NCBI GenBank assembly: GCA_951406725.2
Contig: OX597818.1
Span: 89,280,001-89,344,000, forward strand
DNA: 64,000 nucleotides
Source: Octopus vulgaris
Taxonomy: Eukaryota
Reading direction: 5' to 3'
How positions within the stretch are numbered: the first letter of the stretch is position 1; each line of letters opens with the position of its first letter. A program made the position numbers and the translations under genes. The notes below the pieces were generated by a model, which saw nothing but the letters and a program-made list of their open reading frames with translations, ran no database searches and was not told where the DNA came from. This document shows positions 42,284 to 57,670 of the stretch, in pieces.

Positions 42284-42841
42284 GTCAGGTCACTTTCGAG
42301 TGCTACCGGTAACATGTAGCCCAGTACAACCTGTTGCATAGTTGGTTGTTGGCGACTAAATCGGCAACCCCACTAAGCTTGCTTGGGGAGGAGGGTGTTT
42401 ATTGGACACCCTGCGGGATGAAAAACAAAACCCGTTCAAAGGGCGGAGGAACTCTTGAGAGTCAACGGCCATCCAATAAATGTCTTAAGGCTGTATCATG
42501 CGCGGGGACATAGAAATAATCGGACTGAATACCCGATCGCGCGGTTAAACCATTGGGAGTGAAGAACTCCTAGCCTTTGTTAGGGCATCCTTCTAGGAGA
42601 AGGTAACTCAGGTAACTGGGATAACTCCGACATAAAACCTGCGGCTCAGTGGTTACCGATGATGTTGACTTGTTCTTCTTTTCGGATTATGGCTGCTGTT
42701 GCTTAGTGAGTGGGATTGTAAAAGAAATGCACAGCCTTTCCTCACTTTAAAAAAAATCTTCTTGTACAGGTATTGCACGATAACAACATTGATTAAGCTT
42801 CGTGCAATGGCCATACTCGATAACGAGGGGGCAGCCACCAT
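42284..42841 (+). mobile_element. ~560-bp non-coding RTE-5'UTR-like element, copy 2
   Basis: TCAGGTCACTTTCGAGTG...GGGCAGCCACCA between (TATG)n tracts. Confidence 0.78.
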
Positions 42842-43329
42842 GTATGTATGTATGTATGTATGTATGTATGTATGTATGTATGTATGTATGTATGTATGTA
42901 TGTATGTATGTATGTATGCATGTATGTATGTATGCATGTATGTATTTTGGCAGAGTTGTTAACGCGTCAGACAGATTGCTTTACAGTAATCGTACCTGTT
43001 CTTTATGCTACAGTTCAAATCCTGCCGAGGATAACTTTGCCCTTTAATCTTTCGGTATCGATAAACATAGCGTCTGTCGTGTACTGAAATCGATTTTCTT
43101 ATCTGACACTTTTCTCTCAGTTTATCTCTTTTTCTCCTTCTTGAAGGAATCATCTTTGGTCAAACAAGTCTAAAATTTATTAAATGACGGCACCCCTACA
43201 ACTTCGTCAATGTGTTAAGGGCCCATGGCACAGCATCATATATATCATATATGTGTGCGCGAGTGTGCGTATGTGTGTATATTTGTGTGCGCGCAAGAGT
43301 GTGCGAGTGTGCGTTTGTGTGTGCGAGTG

Positions 43330-43454
43330 TGTGTGAACTGGAGCAATGTGAAATAAAGTGTTTTGCTCAGGGGCACAACGCGCCGCTGGGAGTCGAACTT
43401 CCAACCTTACGATCGTGAGCCGAGCACCTTAACCACTAAGCCACGGACCTTCAC
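43330..43454 (-). mobile_element. SINE family C head
   Basis: GTGGCTTAGTGGTTAAGG..GTTCGACTCC..CCCTGAGCAAAACACTT. Confidence 0.8.
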
Positions 43455-43539
43455 TTAAACACACACATACAAACACATAAGCACACGCTCATACACAAAC
43501 ACATACACACACACACTTGTGCACACACACTTACACACG

Positions 43540-43571
<32 letters not shown>

Positions 43572-44085
43572 GCGAACCTCATGGGCAGATTATATTACAA
43601 AGACGTCATTCCATCATTAACCATCGTTCATACACAAACCATTCGTTTCGTACAAACGCACACATTTAACCATCAATACACTTATACACAAGCACACACA
43701 CACACACACACAGAGGCATCACCATCATCACCACGATGATTATCCTCATCATCAACATTACCTTATTTATTATCCATCTTCTTTGTTTCTTTCTCCCTTT
43801 CTTTCTTACCTTTTTTTTTGTGTGTGTCTCATAGATTTAGCTAAGTAGCAGACAGAAAGCATTTTGGGAACTCAGAAAAGACAGCTCTGTACACCTCCAC
43901 ATCATCCTCTACTCTGCCCTTCTTTATATTGCACTAACACACGTGCATCAATATTGTCACATACACACTCACACACACACGCACATACACACGTGCTTCT
44001 GCCTTGAAAGACATAAATACTTAGAGGTACACTTCTATGCGTATGCATATGTATAGCTCTATTGACTGATACACGTATCTTTATA

Positions 44086-44117
<32 letters not shown>

Positions 44118-44213
44118 AATATATATAAATATATATATATATACATATATATATATGTACATATATATAAACATATATATATAAACATATATATAAATAT
44201 ATATATAAACATA

Positions 44214-44257
<44 letters not shown>

Positions 44258-44473
44258 CAAATATAGATATTTATGTAGAGAGGCATGTACGTATATGTAT
44301 GCACGATGTATATAAGTAAAGATATATATATATATGTATGTATATGCATAAAACATGGAAATATATGTATGTGTATGTATACTTATATACACGCATATAC
44401 ATTTGGATGTATGCATATGTATGCGTGTGTGTATATATAAACATATATATATCAATATATATATACTATATGT

Positions 44474-44515
<42 letters not shown>

Positions 44516-44532
44516 GTATATATGTGTGTATG

Positions 44533-44584
<52 letters not shown>

Positions 44585-44899
44585 CATATATATATATATA
44601 TGTATGCATATATATGAACATACCTAGTGTGCGAGTGGTTTTTGGTGGTAGTGTTGGTGGTGATGCGTGTCGTGCTGTTGCTGGTGGTGGGGGTATGGAA
44701 GAGGGGACTATACAATGAATTAATAAACATCTTGTTGAAAACCTCTTAAAGATAATGGATGGTTGGGGTGCTCTGGCGTCATAGAGATTGTGTGCGCCTG
44801 CGTGTGGAGTGTGCAGCGTATGTGTGTGTATTGCGTGTGTCAGTGTGTGTGTGTGTGTGTGCATGTGTGTGTGTGTGTGTGTGCATGTGTGTGTGTGTG

Positions 44900-44981
44900 T
44901 GTATGTATGTGGTGGTGGTGGTGGTGGTGGTGGTAGTGCTGGTGCTGGTGCTTGTGGTGCAGGTGGTGGTGCAGGTGGTGG

Positions 44982-45012
<31 letters not shown>

Positions 45013-45643
45013 GGTGCTGGTGGTGCTGGTGCTGGTGCTGGTGGTGATGGTGCTGGTGGGGCGGGTGGTGGTGGTGGTGGGGCTGGGGGGTGGGGTTAGT
45101 GGTGGCGGTGGCGGTTGTGGTGGTGCTGGTGCTGGTGGTGCTGGTGGTGCTGGTGGTGGTGCTGGTGGTTGTGGTGCTGGTGCTGGTGCTGGTGGTGGCG
45201 GCGGTTGTGGTGGTCGTGGTGGTGGTGATGGTGGTGTTGGTGGTTTTGGTGATGGCGACGGTGGTAGCGGTGGTTGTGATGATGGTACTGGTAATAATGG
45301 TAATAATACTGATGGTGATGTTAGTGGTAGTAGTAGTGGCGTTAATAGTGGTAGTTGTGGTGATGATGGTGGTGATGGTGGTGGTAACTGTGTTGTTGCT
45401 GGTAGTGGTGCTGGTAGTGGTGCTAGTGATGGTTACTGTGCTGATAATGATAGTGGTTGTGGTGGTGGTTATGCTGATGGTGGTGGTGGTGGTGGTGGTA
45501 GGGTTGTACTGATGATTGTTGTGATGGTGCTTGTGTTAGTGGTGGTGGTTGTTATAGTAGTGGTAGTGGTCGTTGTGATAATCTTATACTCATGGTGACG
45601 TTGATTGCAGTGGCGGTGGAGATGGTGATGGTCATCGTCGTTA

Positions 45644-45704
<61 letters not shown>

Positions 45705-46034
45705 GGTGGGTGGTGGTGGTGGTGGTGGTGGTGGTGGTGGTAGTGCTGGTGTTGGTGGTGGTGGTGCTGGTGGTATTGTTGGTGAAGCTAAATCCGTTTG
45801 TGGAGAGTGGTGAAGGGGGTAATGACGACGACGACGACGACGAGGAGGAGGGGGGAAGAGGCGGATAATAGAGGGGGTGATGACGACGATGACGACGACG
45901 ATGACGATGATAATGATGACAATGATGGACAACGATGGCAGTTTTGATGGTGATGGTGACGACGACGATGACGATGATGATGATGATGAAGAGGAGGAGG
46001 GGAGGAGGAGGATAATAGAGGGGGTGATGATGAT

Positions 46035-46066
<32 letters not shown>

Positions 46067-46098
46067 TGACAATGATGATGATTATGATGATGATGATT

Positions 46099-46138
<40 letters not shown>

Positions 46139-46166
46139 CGACGACGATGACAGTTTTGATGGTGAT

Positions 46167-46198
<32 letters not shown>

Positions 46199-46232
46199 TG
46201 ACGACGACGACGACGATGACGACGACGACGAC

Positions 46233-46285
<53 letters not shown>

Positions 46286-46300
46286 CGACGATGATGGTGA
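44900..46300. repeat. (GGT)/(GAT)/(GAC)/(AGT) low-complexity tract with internal local duplications
   Basis: Directly visible. Confidence 0.9.
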
Positions 46301-46597
46301 TGGCCGTGACCCCTGAATTTCAAACATTTTCAACTTCGCTAAATCAGTACAACAAAAGAGAAAAGCAAAAATAGACAGACGTTGATACAGACAGGCAGAC
46401 AAGCAGGCAGACTGACAGGCAGGCAGGCAGGCAGGCAAGCAGGTAGATAGGTTGGTAGGTAGGTAGGTAGGTAGGTAGGTAGGTAGGTAGGTAGGTAGGT
46501 AGGTATGTTGGTAGGTAGGTAGGTTGATAGATAGGTAGATAGATATGTATATATGAGTGCGTATGTGTGTGTATATTTATTATGCATATAGTATATA

Positions 46598-46665
<68 letters not shown>

Positions 46666-46837
46666 CGTGTGTGTACTAAATTCTTTTGAATTCTCTGCTC
46701 TCCGATTCCGGACATCGGATGATGTGCATGTGCTCAACATCCAGAAAAGTTTGAATAATGTCGAACTGTTATTAGATATGTATAACTCAGAGTAAATGTG
46801 TTAAATACTACTCTTTCGTTTGTCCCCTTACTCGTGA

Positions 46838-46900
<63 letters not shown>

Positions 46901-46962
46901 AGGGTAAGATCCAAGAATCAAGGGAACTTCTAAGGACAATGTAAACTTCTTGTAAAGGAGGT

Positions 46963-47060
46963 ATCCTTGGCCTGAAGAGTAGCTTGCTATCTACCCCTTG
47001 TTTGGATAATTTACTACTTCCGCTAGGTTCCGCTAGCTTTGAAATGTATGTAGCCTGGAT
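46963..47060 (+). ncRNA. Degenerate hammerhead motif
   Basis: ATCCttGGC-CTGAAGA-GTAGCTTGC...GCTAGCTTT-GAAA-TGTATG-TA-GCCtGGAT. Confidence 0.55.
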
Positions 47061-47086
47061 TTTTTCTACTCCATTGCTTAAATTTT

Positions 47087-47120
<34 letters not shown>

Positions 47121-47131
<11 letters not shown>

Positions 47132-47310
47132 AGGGATGATCACTAGGTGGGCATCCAATATGGTAAATATAAACCCCATATGGTCTGACCATTTAGCATA
47201 TTGGATGTCCACCTAGTGGTCAACCCTCTTATATGTATGTAAGATAATTTTTCTGAATCTTCAGATTTTTTTCAATATGCTAGGCCACTGGTTTAAAAGG
47301 AAATTTTTAC

Positions 47311-47313
<3 letters not shown>
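47121..47313 (+). mobile_element. Short fold-back element (48-bp arms plus tail) in (TA)n
   Basis: Arms 47121-47168 and 47191-47238; tail related to 15172-15225 in the opposite orientation. Confidence 0.7.
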
Positions 47314-47361
<48 letters not shown>

Positions 47362-47365
<4 letters not shown>

Positions 47366-47810
47366 GAGATGAAAGCTGTTCAGCTTTTCAGCTATTTTTT
47401 CCTGACGGGAAAACAGCTTCCATCTCAGAAGCTTACGACGCATACTCAGCATCTCCTGGCAGGACAAGGTGACCAACACCGACGTCCTGACTCGTGCTGG
47501 CCTCCCTTTCATGTACACCTTGCTGAGACAACGTCGACTACGCTGGCTAGACCACGTTCGCCGTATGAATGACAGCTGAATCCCAAAAGACATTCTCTAC
47601 GGGGAACTCGCAGCAGGACAGGAATAAGGGCCGCCCGCAGCTGAGGTACAAAGACGAGTGCAGGAGGGACAAGAAAGCGCTCAACATCGACATCAACTCC
47701 AGGGGGGACCTTGCAGCGGACCGCACCGGGTGGAAAAGCACACTTCTCAACCATAGGGAAAAGCGAATACAAAAATACACGTAACAAACGATAAAAAGGC
47801 AACAAAAGTT
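47362..47810 (+). pseudogene. RTE/BovB-like LINE 3' fragment with 5' inversion
   Basis: SFHLRSLRRILSISWQDKVTNTDVLTRAG..RQRRLRWLDHVRRM..IPKDILYGEL..GRPQLRYKD. Confidence 0.88.
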
Positions 47811-47924
47811 CAGGACACGTTCACTGTTAATATTATTACAGTAATACAGGGATGATTTGTTTTAGTCATTACACTGCGGCCATGTTGAAGTATACGTATA
47901 TACACATATTTTTATTTTTGTAAT

Positions 47925-48122
47925 TCGTTTTTCGGCATGTGAAACCGTTAACCCAGCAACGATTTTTTTCTCTCTCCGTTTTCTTTCCTCATTCCTTTCT
48001 GTCAAAGAGCGTAGGTTCGATACGTCAAAGACTTTTCCGTTTTTCCTGAGCGTCAAACTAATAAACTTTGTTTGTCGTTCCCCCACCTGCCTCTGTCTTG
48101 TTTTCTGTGTATTTGAACCATA
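47925..48122 (+). mobile_element. Penelope-type terminal repeat remnant with degenerate hammerhead (47995-48030)
   Basis: CTTT-CTGTCAAA-GAGC GTAG GTTC-GATA-CG-TC-AAAG. Confidence 0.6.
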
Positions 48123-48155
48123 CCTATATATACACACACATACACACACACACAT

Positions 48156-48192
<37 letters not shown>

Positions 48193-49050
48193 CACACACA
48201 TACATCAGGACATGTATACATATCCGTACATGTATACAAATATATTTATGTATGTATATAGAAATTGAAACTAAAAAGTGTATGCGTCATTTCGTTCGAC
48301 ACTTTAACGGTTCTTCAAAACCACAGCCTCTAAACGATTAAAATAAAAATATAAAACATTAACCATTGTCACTAATTGATATCGAACTGTTTTCGAACAT
48401 GAACGCCTCTTGTCTACTGAGTTAAATAACGGTAATGGCTCATGTGAGAATTAAACATTTTGATTCGGCTTTCTATAGACATTTTAATTTTTGAGACTAA
48501 CAGATTATAATTTAATTTCCATTTCTTTAAATCCTGTTAGAATCAAGCATTTTCTTCCCAAGATTCTTCTTATTTGCAATTCGTTTTTCATTGCTTTGTT
48601 TTGGGGTTTTGCTTGTTCTTCTTTTTTTTTTTTACTGCGAAGACATTTCTTGAGATGATGAAGACACTTATTCTTTAATTGATGCATCAAAATCTCCATA
48701 AATGACACCAGAAACAATAACAACAAAAAGAACGCAAATGCTAGCAACGGTAAACTAATCACGAAGAAATCACTGACGGTTGTGGAGCGAAAGTAAAATG
48801 GCGTTGTTTATAGAAGAACGCTCGTTAAGTTAACGGAAGCTAACGTGTTGAAAGGCCTTCTGGGAAAATAGATTAAATTCTGAAACTAAAATGTTTATGG
48901 ACGTGTTATATGGACGCATTATTTCTCGAATAACTCTTGTTTAAATGAATGCATACATTGAAATATATACACATGCATACATACATACATGCATACATGT
49001 ATGTATATATGCACATAAAACACATACATTCAAATACACACATACATATA

Positions 49051-49094
<44 letters not shown>

Positions 49095-49141
49095 TTCACA
49101 TAAATACATATAAATAAATCCACTAACACGCGCACACACAC

Positions 49142-49183
<42 letters not shown>

Positions 49184-49238
49184 TACAGACACACACTCAC
49201 CAAATAGATGCATTAAAAGGTATATGTGTATATATATA

Positions 49239-49306
<68 letters not shown>

Positions 49307-49361
49307 TACAGACACACACTCACCAAATAGATGCATTAAAAGGTATATGTGTATATATATA

Positions 49362-49404
<43 letters not shown>

Positions 49405-50049
49405 ATATATATATATGTATGTATGTATGCATGCATGCATGCATGTGTGTATGTGCTATGTATGCGTGTATATAAACGTATACACACGCACACATATATA
49501 CGCATATATATATACATACACACACACACGCACACTCATTCGTAAATACATATATTTATATTGTCTCATTACTATTGAAGGTATTTTGAAGCTAATGATT
49601 TTGTTGTTACAGGTGTTGTTGTTGTTGCTGCTGCTGTTGCTACTGTTGTTGTTGTTGTTGCTGCTGCTGCTGCTGCTGCTATTGCTATTGTTGTTGTTGC
49701 TCTCGTTGTCGCCATGATCATTGCTTTCGTTATTTTTCTTCTTTTTTTTTAGCAGATTGAAATGTGACGTTTATAATGAAGTTTTCATTGAAATATCAAA
49801 AAACGTTGGTTGTACGGCAATGTTTAGGAGCTAAAGCGGCGGCTGGGTAGTGCAGGAATGCAATGAAGAATGTATGTGTGTATATATATATATGTGTGTG
49901 TGTGTGTGTATGTATATGTATATATATATGTATATATATATATAATATATATATATATATATACATATATATATACATATACATACACACACACACACAT
50001 ATATATATATACACACATATGTATATATATATGTATATATATATATGTT

Positions 50050-50123
<74 letters not shown>

Positions 50124-50252
50124 AGGAGAGAGAGAGAGAGAGGTGATAGTTTTATTGTAATGTGATGTACCGGTAGATGGCGCAGATATAGAGGTGAGAA
50201 GCATAACGAAGTAAACTGTGATGCTTGTTGTTGTTGCTGTTGTTGTTGTTGT

Positions 50253-50288
<36 letters not shown>

Positions 50289-50397
50289 CGATGAAGTTGA
50301 TGAGGATGCTCGAGATAACTCAACTCCTTAATTTTCTTTTGTTTTGTACTTCGCTAAACCTCTAGAAGAAAACGCAGTAATGTATGTGCGTGTGTGT

Positions 50398-50428
<31 letters not shown>

Positions 50429-50431
50429 TAT

Positions 50432-50486
<55 letters not shown>

Positions 50487-50959
50487 TGTGTGTGTGTGTG
50501 TGTGTGCGCGTGCGTGTAAAGTGCGATGCGCAACGAAAAGTCGGTCTCGGTAGCAGCTTCCACACTCTACTCCAGTATCCCATGTAGTACGTTGCCGACA
50601 TCAGCCACTGATAGTCTAGCAGGCGGAATAGGAGTCAAAGACGAAGAAGAAGAAGAAGAAGAAGAAGAAGAAGAAGAAGATGAAGAAGAAGGGAGAGGGG
50701 GAGGGGAGGAGGAGGAGGAGGAGGAGAAGAAGAAGAAGAAGAAGAAGAAGAAGAAGAAGAAGAAGAAGAAGAAGAAGAAGAAGAAGAAGAAGAAGAAGAA
50801 GAAGAAGAAGAGGCGTGATATTCAGCAACTTATAGAACATACACATGTTTCAGGAAATACCAAAATGATTGCATAACAGTAGTGGAAACATACAATCACG
50901 CAATCACCTCATCAGTGTCCCGCAGTAAAATGAAACTATCGATGTTGCATTTATTGTGG

Positions 50960-51372
50960 TATAAAGCTCTAAATATGTACATTTTTCCCGATATGCAAAT
51001 TTTGAATGACGTTTCTTTTAGAGAAACATTGTCATCTGTTAGTATTGATACTTGGTTTGGAAAGCATATTTTCCTTTGGTAATCTATGACAACTATATCC
51101 GACCTATTTAATTTCTCTATTTGTGCGTATTGGCATATCCCAGAGTATAGTTACTTTCTCATTTTCTGTGACATTTTCTGACGTGTGCCTTTACCATCTT
51201 TTTTCTGTTGTTATTACATAGTGTTGGCATAGCTTCCTGTGTATATAGGTACCAACTCTGTCGTGTCTGTGAATATATTCCTTCTAAGCAAGGACTACGC
51301 AGCAAGAAACAATATGATTTATTGTTTCTTCTCCATCTCCACATATTCTGCAGTTACTTGTATTTCTTTTCA
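50960..51372 (-). pseudogene. R4/Dong-like LINE fragment (CCHC zinc knuckle and RLE) next to (TAA)n
   Basis: CRICGDGEETINHIVSCC, EYIHRHDRV, ILWDMPI, RSDIVVID. Confidence 0.85.
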
Positions 51373-51376
51373 TTAC

Positions 51377-51433
<57 letters not shown>

Positions 51434-51582
51434 CATTATCATCATTATTATCATCATCATCATTATCATTATTATTATTATTATTATTTTCATCATTATT
51501 ATTATCATCATCATCAACATCATCATCATCATCATCATCATCATTATTATTATTATTATTATTATCATTATTATTATTATTA

Positions 51583-51634
<52 letters not shown>

Positions 51635-51787
51635 CATCATCACCGAGGTCGACTTTGTCTTTCATCCTTTCGGGATCGATAAATTAAGATGTAACTGATA
51701 CATCTCTTCCAAAACGGCTGCCCTTGTTGCAAAATTTGAAACCATTATTATAATTATTATTATTGTTATTATTATTGTTATTATTAT

Positions 51788-52175
51788 TGAGTGAGAGAGC
51801 TGTGCATGCTATCAAAGTGACACTGGCGTAAAATATACGAAGCCAGTATACCCATCATGACTACTCGTCAGATAAGGGTACACCAGGCACATGCATTACA
51901 ACCATATATGCGCAACATAGTGATCTCATATCAAGATAAACAGCGCGCATGACCTTGCAGGTGGGGCCCGGTTAGAATTTTCTTCTGGTAGCCCATCCCG
52001 CTCAAAAGGTCCCTGAATAAGGATTGTTTAAAGATGAACAAAACACCCACATTTCTAAAGACGAACTATCCAAACCCAGAAGAATTCCTTTCAACATATG
52101 GCTATGGTGCTCCCCTGCAACTTCTGCTCGTGATCAGAGATGCACATGTCAGTCACTAAAGGACATGCTCAACTG
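51788..52175. mobile_element. Non-coding repeat inserted at (TTA)n, possibly a Dong-type UTR
   Basis: Abrupt junction with a (TTA)n tract, next to the Dong fragment; family assignment is inference only. Confidence 0.35.
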
Positions 52176-52767
52176 CGAGATGTTGCCGTCATGTTGTAGA
52201 GGCGTTCAGCTACCATCGCCGCCATTACTGCCACTCAGTTGATGATGATGATGATGTGAATGATGATGACGACGACGACGATGATGATGATGATGGCTGC
52301 AGTGGTCTTTTGGCGGCAATTGTACGGTATGATGTTGACAGTGGTTTGACGGTTAGTGTTGTTTACAAGAGCAAAATTGAGGTTACGCGATCAAGCGTGC
52401 TGGACATATAGCCAATTTGGCTGGAAGCCACGCTAATAACGCGAGATGAAGCAGGGCGTTGCTCTAGCATAATGTAACAGGTCGTTGGTTAACCAGTGGC
52501 AACGACGGTGGTTGGTGGTGGTGGATGGTGGGGGGGAGGAGTCGTCGTGATTGTGGTTGGGTAGAGTGTTGGGGTCTGGAAGGGCGGTGTAGGAGTGAGT
52601 AGTGACAAGGGTAGTGGTAGGGGTACTTGGAGGGGTAGCGGGAAGGGTGTCAAACTAATACACAAATACAGCTTGATCGTTGTTCTTTGACCTGTCTTTT
52701 GTTTTTGTTTTCGTACGATTTTGAACCATATATATATATAAATACACACACACACACACACACGCAC

Positions 52768-52807
<40 letters not shown>

Positions 52808-52834
52808 ATACATATATATACATATATATATATG

Positions 52835-52870
<36 letters not shown>

Positions 52871-54275
52871 TGCATGTATGTATATAGATATATATAATAT
52901 ATGTATATATAAACATACATATGTTACATACATATGTGTGTGTGCGTGTATGTATGTACACTCAAGCACACACATATACATATGCGTGTATATGTATTTA
53001 TATAAATATATATAGAGAGAGAGAAGGGGAGAGAGAGTGAGAGTGGGTGAGTGGGTGAGTGAGTGAGTGAGTGAGTGAGTGAGTGAGTGAGTGAGTGAAT
53101 GAGTGAGTGAGTGAGAGGGAGTGAGTGAGAGAGAGAGAGGGAGGGAGAGATGCACACACGTACAAACATGCACATGTGCATATGAACACCAGATTGAAAG
53201 TACGGTCGTACAGTCGTGTAATAAGTCCAACGGTGCATAGCACACACATCGGAACGCCAGCCACAACAAACAGCACGCATCACCGCTAACACCACCACTA
53301 CCATGACCACCACCACTACCATGACCACCACCACCAACAACAACGACAACAACAACAAAACAAAGTGTTTATAAAATCAATTACCAATGTCCGATGTCAT
53401 GTCACTAACATATGGCCACTACTACGTCTAGTGGTTGAACTTGTTTGTTTGAATGGAGACGATGACCAGCGAGCTCATTGTATGTATGTATGTATGTATG
53501 TATGTATGTGTGTATGTATGTATGTATGTATGTATGTATGCATGTATGTATGTATGTATGTATGTATGTATGTATGTATGTGTGCGTGTGTCTATGTATG
53601 TATGCATGTATGTATGTATGTATGTGTATGAATGTATTTATGTGTGTATGTATGTGTGTATGTGTATGAATGTATTTATGTGTGTATGTATGTGTGTATG
53701 TGTATGAATGTATTTATGTATGAATGTATGTAAGTATGTATGTATGTATGTATGTATGTATGTATGTATGTATGTATGTATGTGTGTATGTGTATGAATG
53801 TATGTATGTGTGCGTGTGTCTATGTATGTATGTGTGCGTGTGTCTATGTATGTATGTGTATGAATGTATGTGTGCGTGTGTCTATGTATGTATGTATGTA
53901 TATATGTATGTATGCATGTATGTATGTATGTATGTATGTATGTATGTGTGTATGTATGTGTATATGTATGTACGTAAGTATGTGTGCGTGTCTATGTATG
54001 TATGTATGTATGCATGTATGTATGAATTCATGTATGTGTGCGTGTGTGTATGTATGCAAAACTTAGATAAACTTAGGTTTCGGCTATTATTTATAAACTT
54101 AGACTTTGTCGTAGTATCATTAACAGCAGTAGTCTTTTAAGTTTTATTTTAGGACACTGTGAAATGGCGAGTTCTTGCTGGCTGCAATATATCTGGGTGT
54201 CGGTGGTTTGTCTGGCATTTCTTGAACACACACACAAACACACACACACAAATGCTCCCATGGACTCATCGAATA

Positions 54276-54975
<700 letters not shown>

Positions 54976-55139
54976 TAATTCGTCCTCGCTTTTCTTAACC
55001 CATGTGTTGTTCTCGAAAAACAGCAATGATTTTCATGAGTGCATGATCACTAATATCATTACTATCAGTGATTGTTTTTGAAAAAGCAATATATATATAT
55101 ACATATATGCTCTGAAGGGGCAACAATCAATGCACACTA

Positions 55140-55450
55140 ACAGACTGTCCCATCCGTGACACAGATTTAAGCCAACGGGTAAATGTTGTGTATAGAATAC
55201 AATGTAACAAATGCAACAAGTTTTATGTTGGTAACACAACAAGACTATTACACGTCCGCATCAAAGAACATCTGAGCACAAGAGGCTGCACCTTCAGAAA
55301 ACATCTAGACAGATGCCTGAACGCCGATAAAAGCATAACAGTCGCAATTGAGGTCAATGAAATTTGGGTAATTTAAGAATTAAGGAAGCAATACTCTTAC
55401 ACAGACTAGGGCCCCAAAGTAACAACAGGCTGGAGGTTGGTAATCAATAT
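55140..55450 (+). pseudogene. Penelope-like element GIY-YIG endonuclease fragment
   Basis: NVVYRIQCNKCNKFYVGNTTRLLHVRIKEH...LRIKEAILL. Confidence 0.85.
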
Positions 55451-55727
55451 ATTATTTAACTACATCTGGATGGGTGTAGATTCATTTTTGATAATATGCT
55501 CATCTGTAGTTTATAACAAAAAAAGAAAAATGAGAAGAGAAAAGAATTATGCACTCTACTGTCGGAGAGCGTTCAGCTTTTGCTGAGAGACCTGCACTGA
55601 AGATTTATTTAAAGTGGTCAAAATGTTCGTGCCGCATATTAACTCACACTCACCGTCAAATCGACGTTGTCTGATCAAATGTACTGTGTATCACATGTCA
55701 GGTGTCGAAGTGGTCGCAGAGCAATGC

Positions 55728-55914
<187 letters not shown>

Positions 55915-55981
55915 CCTGATAAAACTCTAATACGAAATCCGTCTCCTACTATTAATTAATACTATATATATTCTGTTATTC

Positions 55982-56255
55982 TTTTTTTATTTGTTTCAGT
56001 CATTTGAATGCGGCCATGCTGGAGCACCACCTTTAGTCGAACAAATCGACCCCAGGAGTTATTTTTTGTATACCTAGTAATATCGGTCTCTTTACGGGGA
56101 CGTAAACACACCAGCATCGGTCGTCAAGCAATGTTGGGGGGACGAACACAGACACACAAACATATATACACATATACATATATATATATATACATATATA
56201 CGTCGGGCTTCTTTCAGTTTCCGTCTACCAAATCAAATCACAAGGCTTTGGTTGG
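55982..56255 (-). mobile_element. SINE family A, 5'-truncated
   Basis: Tail and central part match family A. Confidence 0.88.
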
Positions 56256-56296
56256 CTTGTATAAATATACATGTGTGTGTGTGTGTGTATACATAT

Positions 56297-56395
56297 AGGG
56301 TGTCCCCAAAAAATGTATGCACACTTTAAATAATTGTTAAGTAGAGTTTATTAAAATGCATTTCATTTTCAAAATTTAATAGAATCTACAGACAT
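56297..56395. mobile_element. Tc1/mariner-like terminal fragment
   Basis: TA-GGGTGTCCCCAAAAAATGTATGCACAC resembles a TIR. Confidence 0.45.
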
Positions 56396-56479
56396 TATTT
56401 TGTATATATATATATATATATATAAATATATATATAGAGAGAGAGAGAGAAAGGGAGAGGAAGAGAGAGAGAGAGATAC

Positions 56480-56510
<31 letters not shown>

Positions 56511-56516
56511 TGTATG

Positions 56517-56547
<31 letters not shown>

Positions 56548-57058
56548 GATCATTGATGTTTTGGAATTGATCTTGGACTTATGGTATAGCAGCATACGTA
56601 ACGGAAGAACAAGATTCGGCATTTTTTTCTCCTTAGTTTATAAATTTCCTTTTAATCCCCACTGTTCTAATAAGAATTTAATAGCTTGTGGCTTCATAAG
56701 CAGTTTTCTTAACACGTGGTTAAGCTAATTTGCATATTGCTGCTGATTTTGAAAGGCCTTTAAAACTTCTCTTTACCCAAGACCCAGCGTGAAAAGTTAT
56801 TTTTCAATACGCAACACTAAAACACTTACATACATACGTACATTACATACACACATACATACTTTCATACATACATACATAAATAAATACATACATACAT
56901 ACATACATACATACATACATACATGCATGCATACATACATATATGCATACATGCAAATGTGTATGTATTCAGCAAAACTTTTAAATATATATATGTGTAT
57001 GTGTGTGTGTGTGTATGCGTGCTTGCGTGTGTATTTGTGCGTATTCGGTAAACTTATG

Positions 57059-57162
<104 letters not shown>

Positions 57163-57408
57163 CTCAAATATATGTGCATATACACATATACATGTATATA
57201 ATATATTAATATATATATATATGCGTATATACATATATATACACATTCATATTAATATATACTTATATATATATATCTACATACGCGCGCATGCACATAG
57301 AGATGAATTTACACAAGCGCATACGTTTACAGATATATGTATGTGGACGTATAGATGTATATAGATGTGTGCACATGCATGCATAAACACATACATAGAC
57401 ACACACAC

Positions 57409-57439
<31 letters not shown>

Positions 57440-57468
57440 CATACATACATACATACATACATACATAC

Positions 57469-57628
57469 GAGTGGCTGTGTGGTAAGTAGCTTTTTTACCC
57501 ACTACATGGTTCCGGGTTCAGTCCCACTGCGTGGCACCTTGGGCAAGTGTCTTCTACTATAGCCTCGGGCCGACCAAAGCCTTGTGAGTGGATTTGGTAG
57601 ACGGAAACTGAAAGAAGCCCGTCTTATA

Positions 57629-57670
<42 letters not shown>

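Noticed and set aside
44759-46438. Gly-rich, poly-His and poly-Met ORFs
   Set aside because: Microsatellite-derived
56560-56800. Possible HERO-like LINE C-terminus on -
   Set aside because: Similarity is too weak without a profile search
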